From an uncultured Bacillota bacterium (lineage in GTDB: Bacteria > Sysuimicrobiota > Sysuimicrobiia > Sysuimicrobiales > Segetimicrobiaceae): 64,000 bases of DNA. The stretch spans positions 672,001-736,000 of the forward strand of contig CAWDRG010000017.1 of NCBI GenBank assembly GCA_963804645.1, in the 5' to 3' direction. The position numbers and the translations under genes are program-made. Positions 41,201-51,216 of the stretch are shown piece after piece (position 1 is the stretch's first letter; every line of letters begins with the position of its first letter). Under the pieces are notes generated by a model that was not told the DNA's origin, did no database searches, and saw only the letters and a program-made list of their open reading frames with translations.

Positions 41201-42687
41201 GAACGCACCGCCTCCTTGCGTGCGGTCGCGATGCCGGAGTACTTGCCGATGATCTCAAGCGAGCGGAACAGCGCGCGCACCATCGCGCGCGCTTCGGGCT
41301 CCAGGAGCGCGCCCTCCTCGTCGCTCGTGCCGAGGCCGGGCGAGATGAAGATGTTCGCGTCGTAGCCGATCGTCGGCACCAAGCCCGCCGCCTTCATCGC
41401 GTTCTGCACGATGTTCGTGCCGGAGTACATGTCCTCGATGCTGAAGATCGGGAACCCGGGACCGGCGCCGTCCCACGTCCGCTCGTAGTTGATCTCGATC
41501 GCCATCGAGTTGACCGACTTGGTGATCAGCCACCCGTCCCCGTACTGCCGCAGGTCGCTCTTCTTGAACTCCTCGAGCGTGATCTCGTGGAGCGTGTCGA
41601 GCGGGTCGAGCATGACCTCTTTCTGCTCGAGCAGCACGCGCATCGCCGCGAGGCCGCCAAGCAGCGCCTCCTTGCCGGGATCCACCGTCACGTACGCCGC
41701 CTTGCCGTACGAGCCGGTCGTGCCCCACCGGTCGCCGTGGATGCCGAGCGCCCGCCGGATCGGCACCATCACGTCCTCGCGGCCGATGATCAGCCCCACC
41801 GTCGGGGCGCCCGCGGCCTTATCCATGCTGTAGGTCATGATGTCGGCACCCGTGGCGCGCAGATCCGTGCCGAGAAACGGGGTGCCCCAGGCGTTGTCGG
41901 TCACATAGGGCACGTTGTACTGGTGCGCCAGCGCGGCGATCTTCTGCTGCAGCAGCGGGGTGCCGGCGTGATCCTTCGCCCCGTAGCCGTACCCCGGCGT
42001 ATCGTATCCGAGCGACGCGAATCCGACGAGCGAGCCGACGTGCGCCGCGGCATGCTGGGCCAGGACGGCGGCGGTGCCGCTGACATCGGTCCCGGTCAGC
42101 AGCGGCACGGGATGGTACTTGATCCCGTGGCACGGGTAGCGGGCCCCGACCATCGGCACGATCACGGTGTCGAGGTTCTCGAGCCGCTTCCCATAGAATC
42201 CCAACTCCCCCGCGGTGGCGCCGCGGTCCGCGTACAAGTCCTTGTACCGCGGCGGGAACGGACGCCCGTACCCGGCCTGGTGATGCATGTGCCGCTCGTA
42301 CGGCGCGATGTACCGCGCACGGTAGTTGTCGCCGCGGCCCGTGAACGGCGGGCTGAACAGGACGTCGAAGCTGACCCACAGCGCGGCCTCGCACGTCGCG
42401 ATCATCGCCCCGTCGTAGTCGTCGCCGTAATAGCTCTTCACGATCCGGCGGACGTCCGCCGCGAGCGCGGAGTTTTGGATCACCTTCCGCGATCCGGCGT
42501 CCATCGCGCTGGTCACCGCGCGCGTCAGCAGCCCGTGACATCCCGACACGGCGCCCGTGAATCCGAGGTTGCCGCGCATCTCGTCGGTGACGCCGGCGTC
42601 GGTCGCCGCCTTCCGGACGTCCGCGTAGATCTTGTCGGCGTTCTTGGCCAGGTTGTCGTAAAGGTCATAACGGAACGTTGTGCTCAC
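41197..42687 (-). CDS. Uncharacterised PLP-dependent fold-type-I enzyme (SelA/DgaE-like Lys loop)
   Basis: VTDNAWG and YSMDKAAGAPTVGLIIG resemble the PLP-binding Asp and Lys motifs. Confidence 0.65.
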   Translation of the reverse strand: MSTTFRYDLYDNLAKNADKIYADVRKAATDAGVTDEMRGNLGFTGAVSGCHGLLTRAVTSAMDAGSRKVIQNSALAADVRRIVKSYYGDDYDGAMIATCEAALWVSFDVLFSPPFTGRGDNYRARYIAPYERHMHHQAGYGRPFPPRYKDLYADRGATAGELGFYGKRLENLDTVIVPMVGARYPCHGIKYHPVPLLTGTDVSGTAAVLAQHAAAHVGSLVGFASLGYDTPGYGYGAKDHAGTPLLQQKIAALAHQYNVPYVTDNAWGTPFLGTDLRATGADIMTYSMDKAAGAPTVGLIIGREDVMVPIRRALGIHGDRWGTTGSYGKAAYVTVDPGKEALLGGLAAMRVLLEQKEVMLDPLDTLHEITLEEFKKSDLRQYGDGWLITKSVNSMAIEINYERTWDGAGPGFPIFSIEDMYSGTNIVQNAMKAAGLVPTIGYDANIFISPGLGTSDEEGALLEPEARAMVRALFRSLEIIGKYSGIATARKEAVRS

Positions 42688-42834
42688 CGGTCATCCCTCC
42701 GAAACCGTCGCTGGGCGCGGCCAGGCGGCCGACGCGCGGAACACCCGTTCGGGGCCTTTCACACTCTGCTGCGCTGCATTACTTGTCTGGACGCGGGCGG
42801 CGTTCCTGCGTCGGCGCCCCCGTTCCCGCGGCCG

Positions 42835-43986
42835 CTAGAACAGGTTGGCCTCCTTGTGCAGCTCGCCCGCGAACCGTCCCAGCCGGAACGGGGCGGGGTC
42901 GAGCGAGGTCGCCGCCCCGTCCAGAATCTCCTCGCTGATCAGCCTGCCGATCGCGGGCGCGTGCATGAACCCCTTGCCGTTGTCGCCGCACGCCAGGACC
43001 AGGCCGTCCACTCCCTCGACGCGGCCCAGGATCGGGTGGTAGTCGGGCGTGAGCGCGCGCAGCCCGACGTAGGTGCGCCGCAGCGGCGCGTGCATCAGGC
43101 TGGGGATCCGGCGTGCGGCGGCGGATAGCACGCGCTCGACCCCGTCCATGTCGACGTCGAGGCCGAACCCCGGGCGGGTATCCTTGTCCGTGCCGCCGAG
43201 CAGCAGATCGCCGCGGCCGGTGCGGTGCATGTTGAAGCCGGTCTCCGTGTCGGTCGTCAGGGGGAGCTCCACGTCGAGCTCGGGGACCCGGGCGACGACG
43301 CAGACCTGGCGGCGGAAGGGCTGCGCCGGCACGTCCACGCCGGCGAGCCGCGCGATCTCGGCCGAGTAGGGGCCGGCCGCGATGACCACGGTGCCGGCCT
43401 CGAACGCGTCCGTCGGCGTGCGGACCCCGGTGATCCGGCCCCCGGTCGTCCGGAAGCCGACGACCTCCTGCTCGAACCGGATCTCCGCGCCCCACGTCCG
43501 GGCCCGGGCCGAATACCCCTGCACGGCGGCCGCGGGCTCCGCGGACCCGTCCTCGGCGCAGTACGCCGCGCCGATCAGGTCGTCGGTGCGCAACCCTGGG
43601 ACCAACTGGGCCGCGTCGCGCGGGCCGATGATCTCGCTCGGCACCCCGAACGAGCGCTGGAGCGCCACGCCGTCGCGCAGGCTCTCGAGGATGCTCGGGG
43701 TCGCCGTCAGAAACAGATACCCGTTTTGACGGAAATGGACGGAATATCCGGTCGCGTCCTCGAAGGCGCGGTACTCGGGAATGCTGAGCTGGCTCAACCG
43801 GATGTTCGCCTCGGTCGTAAACTGCGCGCGGATGCCGCCGGCCGCCTTGGCCGTGGATCCGGTCCCCAGCATCGACTCGCGCTCGAGCAGCGTCACCCGC
43901 AGGCCGCGATCCCGGCGCAGCAGATGGTAGGCGATGCTGCATCCCACCACGCCCCCGCCGATAATGACGACATCCGCTCGTTCCAC
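42835..43986 (-). CDS. DAO-family FAD-dependent oxidoreductase (paralog of 18591..19742)
   Basis: IGGGVVG, GSTAKAAGGIR, TPDYHPILG, GDNGKGFMHAP. Confidence 0.9.
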   Translation of the reverse strand: MERADVVIIGGGVVGCSIAYHLLRRDRGLRVTLLERESMLGTGSTAKAAGGIRAQFTTEANIRLSQLSIPEYRAFEDATGYSVHFRQNGYLFLTATPSILESLRDGVALQRSFGVPSEIIGPRDAAQLVPGLRTDDLIGAAYCAEDGSAEPAAAVQGYSARARTWGAEIRFEQEVVGFRTTGGRITGVRTPTDAFEAGTVVIAAGPYSAEIARLAGVDVPAQPFRRQVCVVARVPELDVELPLTTDTETGFNMHRTGRGDLLLGGTDKDTRPGFGLDVDMDGVERVLSAAARRIPSLMHAPLRRTYVGLRALTPDYHPILGRVEGVDGLVLACGDNGKGFMHAPAIGRLISEEILDGAATSLDPAPFRLGRFAGELHKEANLF

Positions 43987-44069
43987 GTGACTCCCCCTCG
44001 CGATCTCAGATCTGCTGACGCGGCCGGGGTCCCCGCCGACGCGCGGCGCCCCGCCGCGGGTCGAGGCGC

Positions 44070-45176
44070 TCAGGAGGACGCCGAGCGCGCGCGCTGGCTC
44101 GCGTCGTGGCCCTCGTGGGGATACACGGCTTCGTTCAGCGCGCGCAGCTCCTCGATGTTCGCCGGGCCGCGCCCGCGCCGCCCCGCTTCGAGATCATGGA
44201 TGAGGTCGATCACCCGCTCGTTCAGCGGGGTCGCCAGCCCGTGCGCGCGGGCGACGTCGACCACAACGCCGAGCTGCGCGTCGATCTCGGTCGGGCGGTG
44301 CTTGATCACCATGTCGCGCCAGATCCCGTTGTGCGTGTTCAACGACTGCCGGTTCACGATGACGCGCTGGTCGAGGCAGCGGTGGATCGCCGCCCAGTCC
44401 CGGGGCGTCGTGAACCGCATCGCGTCGGCGTCGTACCCGCTGAAGCCGACGGACCGCACGCCCTCCGCGTCCGCCACGCGGACGATCTCGCCCGCCAGGT
44501 TCGCGAGCAGCGACCGGCTGCGGGGATCCGCAAACGCGTCTCCCATGCTGTCGTCGATCGTCGCGGTCGCGAACAGCATGGACACGTACCCGAGCTTGCC
44601 CCACAGATGCCCCCAGATGTTGTCCGTCAGCTGCGTATGCTCGAGAAACGCCTCCCGGAAGATCGCTCCGAGCCGCTCGAGCCGGTCCGTCATGCGTCCG
44701 TCGAGCTCGCCGAGATAGAGCTCGGCCCGGCTGGACAGCTTGATGCGCCCGGGGCCGAGGTAATCGGCCCCGAAGTTCACGAACGCCCCCATCGTGCGCT
44801 CCGCGCCGACCCGCTGCGCGATCTGGCGCTCGTTGAGGCCGTTCTGCAGCGACACGATCACGCCGCGGGCGTCCAGGAGGGGCGCCACCGCCTCGAGCGC
44901 CGCCGCGGTGTGGTGCGCCTTCACGGCCAGCAGCACCGTCTCGAGCGGACGCCCGTCGAGCGCGCCCGCCAGGCCGGCCGGCGTGACCGCGGGCACCCGC
45001 ACCCGAAACGTCGACTGCCCCTCGACGCTCAACCCGTCCCGCGCGATCGCCTCGACGTGCGGCAGCAGGCTGTCGACGAAGAGCACGTCGTGGCCGGCGC
45101 GGGCGAAGTGCGCGCCCACCGATCCGCCGATGCCGCCGGCGCCCACCACCACGAACCGACTTGGGGACCTCGCCAC
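44070..45176 (-). CDS. Ketopantoate reductase-family protein (WRD subfamily)
   Basis: GAGGIG, AVKA, LQNG, WGKLGY, GIWRDMVIKHRPTE. Confidence 0.86.
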   Translation of the reverse strand: MARSPSRFVVVGAGGIGGSVGAHFARAGHDVLFVDSLLPHVEAIARDGLSVEGQSTFRVRVPAVTPAGLAGALDGRPLETVLLAVKAHHTAAALEAVAPLLDARGVIVSLQNGLNERQIAQRVGAERTMGAFVNFGADYLGPGRIKLSSRAELYLGELDGRMTDRLERLGAIFREAFLEHTQLTDNIWGHLWGKLGYVSMLFATATIDDSMGDAFADPRSRSLLANLAGEIVRVADAEGVRSVGFSGYDADAMRFTTPRDWAAIHRCLDQRVIVNRQSLNTHNGIWRDMVIKHRPTEIDAQLGVVVDVARAHGLATPLNERVIDLIHDLEAGRRGRGPANIEELRALNEAVYPHEGHDASQRARSASS

Positions 45177-45340
45177 TCCCGAGACCTCCGCCCGCAGCGC
45201 ATTTCGCGGTCCACCGCACGCGCCGTCCATGCGGCCGCCGGCCGCCCGAACGGACCGCAGCCGTCGACACGGCGCTGGGGTGATCCGCTACTTCCCCCCG
45301 CGCGGGGCGGTTCCCTCCGCGTACGGCGCCCCGCCCCGGC

Positions 45341-46444
45341 TCACGCGGTGCCCGGATGGCCCCGCCGGCTCGCCGCGCGGTCGTCCGACGGATAGCACCG
45401 ATCGTTCAGGACCCGGAGCTCCTCAAGATTCGCGGGCTGCCGCACGCGCCGCCCCTCCTCGAGGTCGTGGATCACCTCGATCAGGCGGGCGTTCAAAGGC
45501 ACCGCCAGCCCGTGCGCCGCCGCGATCTCCGCGAGAAGGCCCAGATGCGCATCCACCTCGGTGCGCCGGTGCTTCATCGCCATGTCGCGCCACATGCCGC
45601 ACCGCGCGTTGATCGATGCGCGGTTCACGACCACGCGCCGGTCGAGGCTGCGGTGAATGGCCGCCCACTCCCGGGGCACGACAAACCGCATCGCGTCCGG
45701 GTCGTACCCGGCGAATCCTTCGCACCGCACGCCCTCGGCATCCGCCACGCGGACGACCTCCCCGGCGAGGTTCGCAAACAGCGCACGGTTGTCGAGGTCG
45801 GCAAACGCATCGCCCATCGTCTCGTCGGTCGTCGCATTCGCGAACAGCATCGACACGTACCCGAGCTTGCCCCACAGATGGCCCCAGATATTGCCGGTCA
45901 GCTGCGTGTGCTCAAGCACGGCCGTGCGGAAGATCGCCCCGAGCTGCTCGAGCCGGTCCGTGATGCGCCCGTCCAACTCCCCCAGGTACAGCTCGGCCCG
46001 GCTCGACATCAACACCCGGCCGGGCGCGAGATAGTCGGCGCCGAAGTTCACGAACGCGCCGATCGTGCGGTGGGCGCCGATCCGTTCGGCGATGAGGCGC
46101 TCGTTCAGCCCGTTCTGCATCGACACGACGACGCTGTGCGCGTCCAGCAGCGGCACGACCGGGCCGAGCGCCGCCGCCGTATCCTGCGCGTTGACCGCCA
46201 GAAGCACCGTCCGCGGGGCGCGCCCGGCCAGCACCGATGCCAGCGCGTCGGGGGTGGTGGCCGGCACGCGCACGTGAAAACTAGCCGCCCCCTCGACCGC
46301 GAGCCCGCCGACGGCGATCGCACGGACGTGATCGCGCACTCGGTCGACGAGGAGCACCTCGTATCCGGCGCGGGCCAGGTGCGCCCCGGTCACCCCGCCG
46401 ATGCCGCCGGCGCCGATCACGATGAACTGCGGCGCCACGGTCAC
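45341..46444 (-). CDS. Ketopantoate reductase-family protein (WRD subfamily, tandem paralog)
   Basis: GAGGIG, AVNA (K to N), MQNG, WGKLGY, GMWRDMAMKHRRTE. Confidence 0.86.
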   Translation of the reverse strand: MTVAPQFIVIGAGGIGGVTGAHLARAGYEVLLVDRVRDHVRAIAVGGLAVEGAASFHVRVPATTPDALASVLAGRAPRTVLLAVNAQDTAAALGPVVPLLDAHSVVVSMQNGLNERLIAERIGAHRTIGAFVNFGADYLAPGRVLMSSRAELYLGELDGRITDRLEQLGAIFRTAVLEHTQLTGNIWGHLWGKLGYVSMLFANATTDETMGDAFADLDNRALFANLAGEVVRVADAEGVRCEGFAGYDPDAMRFVVPREWAAIHRSLDRRVVVNRASINARCGMWRDMAMKHRRTEVDAHLGLLAEIAAAHGLAVPLNARLIEVIHDLEEGRRVRQPANLEELRVLNDRCYPSDDRAASRRGHPGTA

Positions 46445-46460
46445 GGCAGGCGCACCGTCC

Positions 46461-48155
46461 TCATGACGCCGCGCCCGCCAGGAAGGACTCCACGCGCCGG
46501 CACGCCCGGCGCAGCGCGTACACGAGCGCGTTGCGCGCCCGGACGAGATCCACGAGCAGCCGCTTCGCCTCGTCGGAGTCGGCGGCCGCCGCGGCGAGAC
46601 GCGGAACGGCGCCGAGCGTCGGCAGCCACGCCGGCGACAGCGCCCCGTCGTGCGCGAAGCGGCCGGCCCCCTGGTGAAGCGCCGGCACGAGCATGCGTCC
46701 CAGGTCGCGCAGGCACGCATTCACCGCGCGTGCGCGAGCGCCGCCGGATCCGGTCGCTGCCACGTCCGCGAGGCGCCTGCACCGCGCCTCGAGATCCGCC
46801 GCGGCCGCGAGGGCCGGGGAGAGATCGAACCTGCCGCCGCCCGCCTCCGCGAGAGACGCCAGGTGTTCGCGGACGGCGGCCGCGCACGATGCGTAGTCCA
46901 GCGGCAGCACGGGATCGGTCAGCAGGCGTTCGACGGCCGCGAGATAGATCTGCGTGTCCCGCACGAGCCGCGCGGCCTCCAGTTTGTCCGGCGTATCCTC
47001 GGCCGTGTGCAGCCACCACCCGAAGGTGCCGTCCGGCTGCCGCGAGACCTCGCCGAACAGCGACGGGACACCGATCCCCCAGAACGATTCGTCGTTGGAC
47101 CGGGACACCCGATCGACCGGGGCCCGCTCGCCGGTGGCCTCCACCATCGCCCACTCCGCCAGCGCGGCCGCCTCTCCGGTGGCCCGCGTGACCAGACGGT
47201 CGGCGCCGGCGGCCCCGATCACGTCGACGTTCACGTGCAGCACGCAGTGCTGCTCCAGATCGAACCAGTGGTGGTCCGCGTACCACGCCGACGAGGAATA
47301 CCCGCCGTGCGAGTGCCCGGACCAAAACGCGACGCGGAGCCCGCGCCGCAGCGACGACCGGCCGGATGCGAGCAGCCGCGCGATCTCGAGCATCGCCGCG
47401 TTGGCGCCCGCGTTGTCCATCGCCCCCCGGTACCAGGCGTCGAGATGGCCGGAGAGCAGCACGTACGCGCCGGGCTCCGCCTCGGGGTGACCCGGCGCCA
47501 AATCACCGATAACGATGGGGGTGCGCGTCCAGCCGGTGTGCACCGCCGCGGCGGCATGGATCTCGACCCGGCCCTCCGCGCACAGGGCTGCGAGCGCCGC
47601 ACCGTCCTCGCGCGCGACCGAAAGGAGCGGGAGACCGACCAGGTCGTGCACGGTGCGCTCCGACGGATTGCCCCACACGGGGGATACGCACATCTCCTGG
47701 GCGAGGCGCCCGCCGACGAACACGACGCCGCGGGCTCCGGCAGCCGCCGCGTTGCACACCGCCTGCTTCGCCGCCCGCTCGGACGGACTCGCCCGGTCGA
47801 CCAGCACGTACCGTCCGGCGGCGCCCGCCGCGGCCAGCTCCGCCGGGCTCCCGGTGCCGCCGTCGACGATCTCGGCCGAGTCGCCCTCCGGCCCGGTGGA
47901 CGCGCCCATCGAATGCGTGATGCACGGCACCTCGCGCGCCGCCGGCGCGACCACCCGCAGGCGCGCCTCGCCCGGCACGCTGATGTACGCGTCGTGCGTC
48001 AGCGTCCTCGCGGCCAGCCCGGCGGACGCCAACCGGCCCTCGACGTAGGCGGCGGCGCGCCGCTCGTCCTCCGTCCCCGCCTCGCGCCGCCATCTGGCGA
48101 TCGCGCGCGCCTCGTCCATCAACCGCCCGGCCGATACCTGATCGAGGCTGCTCAC
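46461..48155 (-). CDS. M28 family peptidase with PA domain, GHSH variant
   Basis: SGHLDAW, GAMDN, FWSGHSHGGYSSS, WLHTAEDT. Confidence 0.87.
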   Translation of the reverse strand: MSSLDQVSAGRLMDEARAIARWRREAGTEDERRAAAYVEGRLASAGLAARTLTHDAYISVPGEARLRVVAPAAREVPCITHSMGASTGPEGDSAEIVDGGTGSPAELAAAGAAGRYVLVDRASPSERAAKQAVCNAAAAGARGVVFVGGRLAQEMCVSPVWGNPSERTVHDLVGLPLLSVAREDGAALAALCAEGRVEIHAAAAVHTGWTRTPIVIGDLAPGHPEAEPGAYVLLSGHLDAWYRGAMDNAGANAAMLEIARLLASGRSSLRRGLRVAFWSGHSHGGYSSSAWYADHHWFDLEQHCVLHVNVDVIGAAGADRLVTRATGEAAALAEWAMVEATGERAPVDRVSRSNDESFWGIGVPSLFGEVSRQPDGTFGWWLHTAEDTPDKLEAARLVRDTQIYLAAVERLLTDPVLPLDYASCAAAVREHLASLAEAGGGRFDLSPALAAAADLEARCRRLADVAATGSGGARARAVNACLRDLGRMLVPALHQGAGRFAHDGALSPAWLPTLGAVPRLAAAAADSDEAKRLLVDLVRARNALVYALRRACRRVESFLAGAAS

Positions 48156-48180
48156 ACCGCGCTCCTCCCGGCCCCGGAGC

Positions 48181-49551
48181 CTACCCCTCCCCCGGCAGCC
48201 TGCGGCCTTCGTACCGGAGGACGCGGTCCAGTTCCCGCACGGCCAGCACGGCGGCGATCTCCTGCGGTGTCTTGCGCCGCATCGGGATCTCGTCGACGGT
48301 CACCAGCCGGAAGGCGAGCCGCGCGACGCGGCTCGCCTCCAGCTCGATTGCCCGCCCGGACACCTTGTCCAGGGTGTCCATCGGGGTGTGCCCAAACCCT
48401 CGCACCGCGGCCGCGGAGGCGCCGGGCGGCTGGTCGGACATCACGATCGCTCCGGGGAATCCCTGCGCCGTGAACGAGTAGTGGTCGGAGTGCAGCCACA
48501 GCGACGCCTCGTAGGGATCGTCGACCACGTCCCCCTCGTACAGCCCCCGCAGAAACTCCAGGCCCTCCGGCCACGCCGGAAAGTGGATCGTGGCGCTCAT
48601 GCTGCGCGCGGATCCGTCCAGATTCAGCATGAACCGGATCGACTCCGCGCGGTGCCGCTCCGCGTGGTGGCGGGAGCCGTGCAGTCCCGTCTCCTCGCCG
48701 GAGAACGCCACGAACCGGAGGGTGCGGAGGAACTCGCCGCGATACGCGCGGAGCGTGCGCGCCACTTCCATGAGCACGGACAGGCCGGCGCCGTTGTCCA
48801 TCGCGCCCTGGCCGATGTCGTGGGCGTCGTAATGCGCGCCGAGGACGATCACGTCCTCCGGCCAGCGCGTGCCCTTGAACTCCGCCACCAGATTGTGGGA
48901 CGTCACGGGGCAGTTTTGGTTCGCGGATGTGATCCGCAGCCGCGCGGGCCCGCGCCCGGCCAACCGCTGGAGTTCGTACCCGTGCTCGTAGGACACCGCG
49001 ACCGCCGGGGCCTCCGCGGCGAACCCCAACCGCGTGGGGCCGGCCTCCGGCAGACCGCCGGGCACGCCCCGCATCCAGATGAAGCCGACGGCACCCGCGT
49101 CGAACGCCCGCCCGACCTTCTCGAGCAGATTCATCCGGACGCGCGCGAACCGCGGAATGGCCGTCGTCGCCATGACGATCGCGTCCCGCATCGCGGGCCG
49201 CAGCGCCTCAAACGTGCGCGGATCGCCGGGCCCGACGTCGACCAGCGGGCCTTCCACCACGCCCGGCGGAGAGTACGGCAGCGCGATGCAAGGGATGTCG
49301 CGGACGACCGGGGCCACGGCCGCGAGGTGGGTCTCGCCGCGCGTCCATCCGGGACAGGTAAACGTCTCGGTCGCCACCGAGTCGGCGCCGAGGCCTTCGA
49401 AGCGCTCCCGGATGAACGCCGCCGCCGCGTGCTCCTGGGGGCTGCCGTGAAACCGGGGGCCGAAGCGGTCCACGAGCTCCTCGACGAACGCCAGTCCGCC
49501 AGTGGAGAAGTGCAGGGCGCCCACGATCTCACGGTCGATCCGCTCAAGCAT
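48181..49551 (-). CDS. M28 family peptidase with PA domain, GEE type
   Basis: GAHYDAHD, GAMDN, FSGEETGLHGS, HSDH, GHTPMDT. Confidence 0.88.
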   Translation of the reverse strand: MLERIDREIVGALHFSTGGLAFVEELVDRFGPRFHGSPQEHAAAAFIRERFEGLGADSVATETFTCPGWTRGETHLAAVAPVVRDIPCIALPYSPPGVVEGPLVDVGPGDPRTFEALRPAMRDAIVMATTAIPRFARVRMNLLEKVGRAFDAGAVGFIWMRGVPGGLPEAGPTRLGFAAEAPAVAVSYEHGYELQRLAGRGPARLRITSANQNCPVTSHNLVAEFKGTRWPEDVIVLGAHYDAHDIGQGAMDNGAGLSVLMEVARTLRAYRGEFLRTLRFVAFSGEETGLHGSRHHAERHRAESIRFMLNLDGSARSMSATIHFPAWPEGLEFLRGLYEGDVVDDPYEASLWLHSDHYSFTAQGFPGAIVMSDQPPGASAAAVRGFGHTPMDTLDKVSGRAIELEASRVARLAFRLVTVDEIPMRRKTPQEIAAVLAVRELDRVLRYEGRRLPGEG

Positions 49552-49671
49552 GCCGTCTCTCCTCCGCAGCGTGGAATCAGGTGGGCGGCGAGGCCGCGCG
49601 CGGCCGTGCCGCGCCGATCCCCCGTCGGACTCCGCCGCGGGGCGGCCCGAGCCGTCGACGCGCGCGGGCCG

Positions 49672-51216
49672 CTACTTCGCGGCGAACGACGCGGTCGCGA
49701 CCGTGATCTCGTAGTCCGGCCGCGGCGTCCAGATCAAGTCCTTCCGCAGGCCGTAGACGTTCGGCGCGGTAAACAAGGAGATGTCGGGCGCTTCGTTCTC
49801 GAACAGGGCCTGCGCGTGAAAGTACAGCTCCTTCGCGGCGGCCGGATCCAAGGTCGCCTTGGCCTGCTCCAGGATCGTATCGAACTCCGGATTGCGGTAG
49901 AGCGACGTCGGGCCCTTGCTGTAGAACATGTTGCTCGGCGTCTCGCCGGCGGATCCGATGCGGTCGGTCGACCGGAGAAACACGACGTCCTCGGGCACGT
50001 TCTTCGTGACGTTCGTCTGGGTCAGCAGCACCCCGACCTCACGAATGTTCACGGTCGTGTGCAGCCCGATCGCCTGCAGCTGCGCCGCGACGGCGAGCGT
50101 AATGTCGCGGTCCCCGGGATAGGTCCCGGACGGCGTCACAAAGCTGATGTCAATCCCGTTCGGATACCCGGCCTGGCGCAGCAGCGCCCGGGCCCGCGCG
50201 GGATCGTACGGATACGGGATGATCGCCGGATCGCACGCCTGGGCGCCGGGCGTGCAGAACGTGGCGACGGGCGTGCCGACGCCGCCCATGATGCTGGAGA
50301 TCAAGATCTTGCGATCCACCGCGTAGTTGATCGCCTGCCGCACCAGCTTATTGGAGAGCGGACGGTTCGGCGGCGTGTTCCACAGGTTGAAGAGCAGGAA
50401 GTAGATGCCGTTGCTCGCCCCGGAGACCAGCTTCAATTTCGCGTTGTGCCGGATCGGATCGAACTCGCTCGGCGGAATCAGGTTGATGAGGTCCACCGAT
50501 CCCGCGAGCAGCTCCGCCAGCCGCGACGCTTCGCTCGGAATCGCCCGGAACGTCACGTGATCGATCTTGGGCTTGCCGCCCCAGTAGTCGGGATTCGCCT
50601 CGATCTCAATGTGGTCGTCGACCATGTGGTTGACAAACCGGTACGGGCCGGTGCCCACGGGATGCCGTCCGAGCGCATCTTCGCCGTTCTGCTGGACGTA
50701 CTGCGGGGGCTCCATCCAGCCGTAATGGGCGAGGTATTGGGGCAGCAGCGGCCACGTGTACTTCGTGTGGATCCGGACGGTGGAGTCGTCGACGACCTCG
50801 ACGCTGTCGATCGGGCTGAGGGCGCTCGCCGCCTCCCACTTCGTCTTCGGGTCGCGGGCTCGGTCCAGCGAGAATTTGACCGCGTTCGCATCAAAGGTCT
50901 CGCCGTCCTGGAACTTCACGCCGTGACGCAGCTTGAACTCCCACGTCATGGGGCCCACCACCTGCCAGGACACGGCCAGGCCGGGCACCGGCCGCAGGTT
51001 GACGTCCGTGCCCACCAGGGGGTCGTAGATATTGATCAACATGCTGTACGAGAGGATCGATCCCGTCTTGTAGGGATCCCCGGAGTGAATGTCCTCGGAC
51101 TCCCCGATCACGAGCGAGTTGGGCGTCTGCGCGGTGGCGAGCGCGGCGCCGCCCGCGTTGGCGCCCCACCACGCGATCAACGCACACAGCAAAATACTGA
51201 CAGCGCGCCGTTCCAT
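49672..51216 (-). CDS. ABC transporter substrate-binding protein, family 5 (paralog of 25326..26861)
   Basis: Signal peptide; SGDPYKT, WEFKLRHGV, RLAELLAGSVD, LFENEAP shared with paralog. Confidence 0.92.
   Translation of the reverse strand: MERRAVSILLCALIAWWGANAGGAALATAQTPNSLVIGESEDIHSGDPYKTGSILSYSMLINIYDPLVGTDVNLRPVPGLAVSWQVVGPMTWEFKLRHGVKFQDGETFDANAVKFSLDRARDPKTKWEAASALSPIDSVEVVDDSTVRIHTKYTWPLLPQYLAHYGWMEPPQYVQQNGEDALGRHPVGTGPYRFVNHMVDDHIEIEANPDYWGGKPKIDHVTFRAIPSEASRLAELLAGSVDLINLIPPSEFDPIRHNAKLKLVSGASNGIYFLLFNLWNTPPNRPLSNKLVRQAINYAVDRKILISSIMGGVGTPVATFCTPGAQACDPAIIPYPYDPARARALLRQAGYPNGIDISFVTPSGTYPGDRDITLAVAAQLQAIGLHTTVNIREVGVLLTQTNVTKNVPEDVVFLRSTDRIGSAGETPSNMFYSKGPTSLYRNPEFDTILEQAKATLDPAAAKELYFHAQALFENEAPDISLFTAPNVYGLRKDLIWTPRPDYEITVATASFAAK

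Noticed and set aside
41197..42687. Selenocysteine synthase selA
   Set aside because: Only the Lys loop is similar; no selB, selC or selD nearby
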